From assembly GCF_001194135.2 (NCBI RefSeq), contig NC_068991.1, positions 68,143,361-68,181,389 of the forward strand: 38,029 nt of DNA, read 5' to 3'. How positions within the stretch are numbered: position 1 is the first letter of the stretch; each line of letters opens with the position of its first letter. A model generated the notes under the pieces. It did no database searches. It had not been told where the DNA came from and was given only the letters and a program-made list of their open reading frames with translations. Positions 36,943-38,029 of the stretch are shown piece after piece. Both the position numbers and the translations under genes were made by a program. This DNA comes from Octopus bimaculoides. Its lineage: Eukaryota.

Positions 36943-37143
36943 TTTTTATTAGATATATAGTCGTTATCGTTGTTGTAATTGTATGTGTACCAGAGATGCT
37001 TGCCCTTGTTGTTTGTTTTGTTGTTACAATTAATGGCGGCTGTGGCGATGGTGGTGAAGGTAGAGTAAATACCTGGTGGCTTATTTTCATTCTTCTTCTT
37101 CTTCTTCTTCTTCTTCTTCTTCTTCTTCTTCTTCTTCTTCTTC
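36339..37143. repeat. Compound trinucleotide array: (TTC)n, gap, (ATC)/(GTC)/(ATT), (TTC)n
   Basis: Seen directly; source of the poly-E/K/D/N ORFs in the track. Confidence 0.9.
37073..37090 (-). CDS. Possible first coding exon (MKISHQ) of a divergent minus-strand gene
   Basis: ATG AAA ATA AGC CAC CAG|GTATTT downstream of a minus-strand AAAATGGCG motif. The donor is only moderate and no downstream exon was identified. Confidence 0.25.
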
Positions 37144-37146
37144 AAA

Positions 37147-37610
37147 CGCCATTTTCAATCTTCGAAAACAAAAACAGACGGCAAAAAAAAAAAGAAAAAA
37201 ATCCAATAAAAATAAGCGTCATTTACAAACAACCAATGATAACCGTTGAACACCGTGCGGACATTATAACGAGTCTCGCTGGTATACTCTGCTTCTCTTC
37301 ATAACCGTATGAGCATATGTCTATATACGAGTGTGAACACGGGCGCGTCTGCGCGTATGTTTATGCTTGTATATGAGCGCCTGAGTGGATCATGTATTTC
37401 TACACGTCTGTATGTGTATCTATGTATGTGTATGTGTATGTATGTGTGTGTGTGTGTACGAGTAAAAGCGGTATTTCTTTAGTTGTTGTTGTTGATGTTA
37501 TCGGCGACGACGTTGTGGTTGTTCTTGTTCTTGTTCTTGTTCTTGTTCTTATTGCCGTTGCAAGACCCCGATTGACTTCCGCATTTAGCTTTCACACTCA
37601 AAATGGCGGT
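37147..37610. promoter_or_regulatory. Candidate bidirectional promoter
   Basis: Outward-facing YY1-type motifs (CGCCATTTT 37147-37155 and AAAATGGCGG 37600-37609), two CCAAT boxes (about 37203 and 37233), an ETS-like ACTTCCG at about 37576 and local CpG enrichment. Confidence 0.5.
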
Positions 37611-37623
37611 TAATGGTGTCCAG
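37603..37623 (+). CDS. Probable first coding exon (MAVNGVQ) of a gene continuing beyond the window
   Basis: Strong start context CAAAATGG overlapping a YY1-type AAAATGGCGG, immediately followed by the donor CAG|GTGAGA (phase 0). ACTTCCG lies 20-25 nt upstream. The product cannot be identified from 7 aa. Confidence 0.55.
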
Positions 37624-37803
37624 GTGAGAATATGTTCACCACCAACTGAGCTAATTCTTCCCTAGACACTGTTCCTGTGCGAATATATAGAAACGCGATG
37701 CGTACACACACACACATACACACACACACACACACACGCATAACAGATGCACTTACATACAAACGCACAGATATATGTATGTACGTATATATGTATGCAT
37801 TTG

Positions 37804-37848
<45 letters not shown>

Positions 37849-37904
37849 TTGTCTATCTATTTATCTCTCTCTCTATCTATCTACATACATACATACATAC
37901 ATAA

Positions 37905-37935
<31 letters not shown>

Positions 37936-38029
37936 CATAATTACATACATAATTACATACATACATACATACATAGTTACATACATACATAATTACATTC
38001 AGACATACATACATACATACATACATACA

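Noticed and set aside
36294-37145. Acidic D/E/N-rich minus-strand ORF
   Set aside because: It has a TTG start, is built from trinucleotide arrays, spans a gap and has no domain-like sequence.

Overview
AT-rich, microsatellite-saturated eukaryotic genomic DNA from a gapped draft assembly: 16 N-runs, about 5.4 kb or 14% of the window. The three tRNA-derived SINE families and the repeat landscape suggest an octopus/coleoid cephalopod genome. That is an inference from recalled repeat families, not a search result. No long protein-coding ORF is supported; the ORF track is almost entirely translated microsatellite, N-gap or SINE sequence. Well supported: about 13 SINE copies in 3 families (three full-length copies with 11-12 bp TSDs), two pogo/Tigger-like MITEs, two adjacent hAT/Charlie-like MITEs and a probable CR1-group LINE relic. 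Near the right end is a likely divergent (bidirectional) promoter with a short first coding exon on + (MAVNGVQ) and possibly one on -. The most interesting signal is a set of short elements anchored on (TA)n tracts. They end in similar pyrimidine-rich/AATT termini, carry hammerhead-ribozyme-like motifs with non-canonical cores (U4C, A6U plus an extra nucleotide), and twice occur as tail-out inverted dimers, one an almost perfect 83-bp hairpin. This fits Penelope-like (PLE)-derived or retrozyme-like non-autonomous elements. No gene product could be named.
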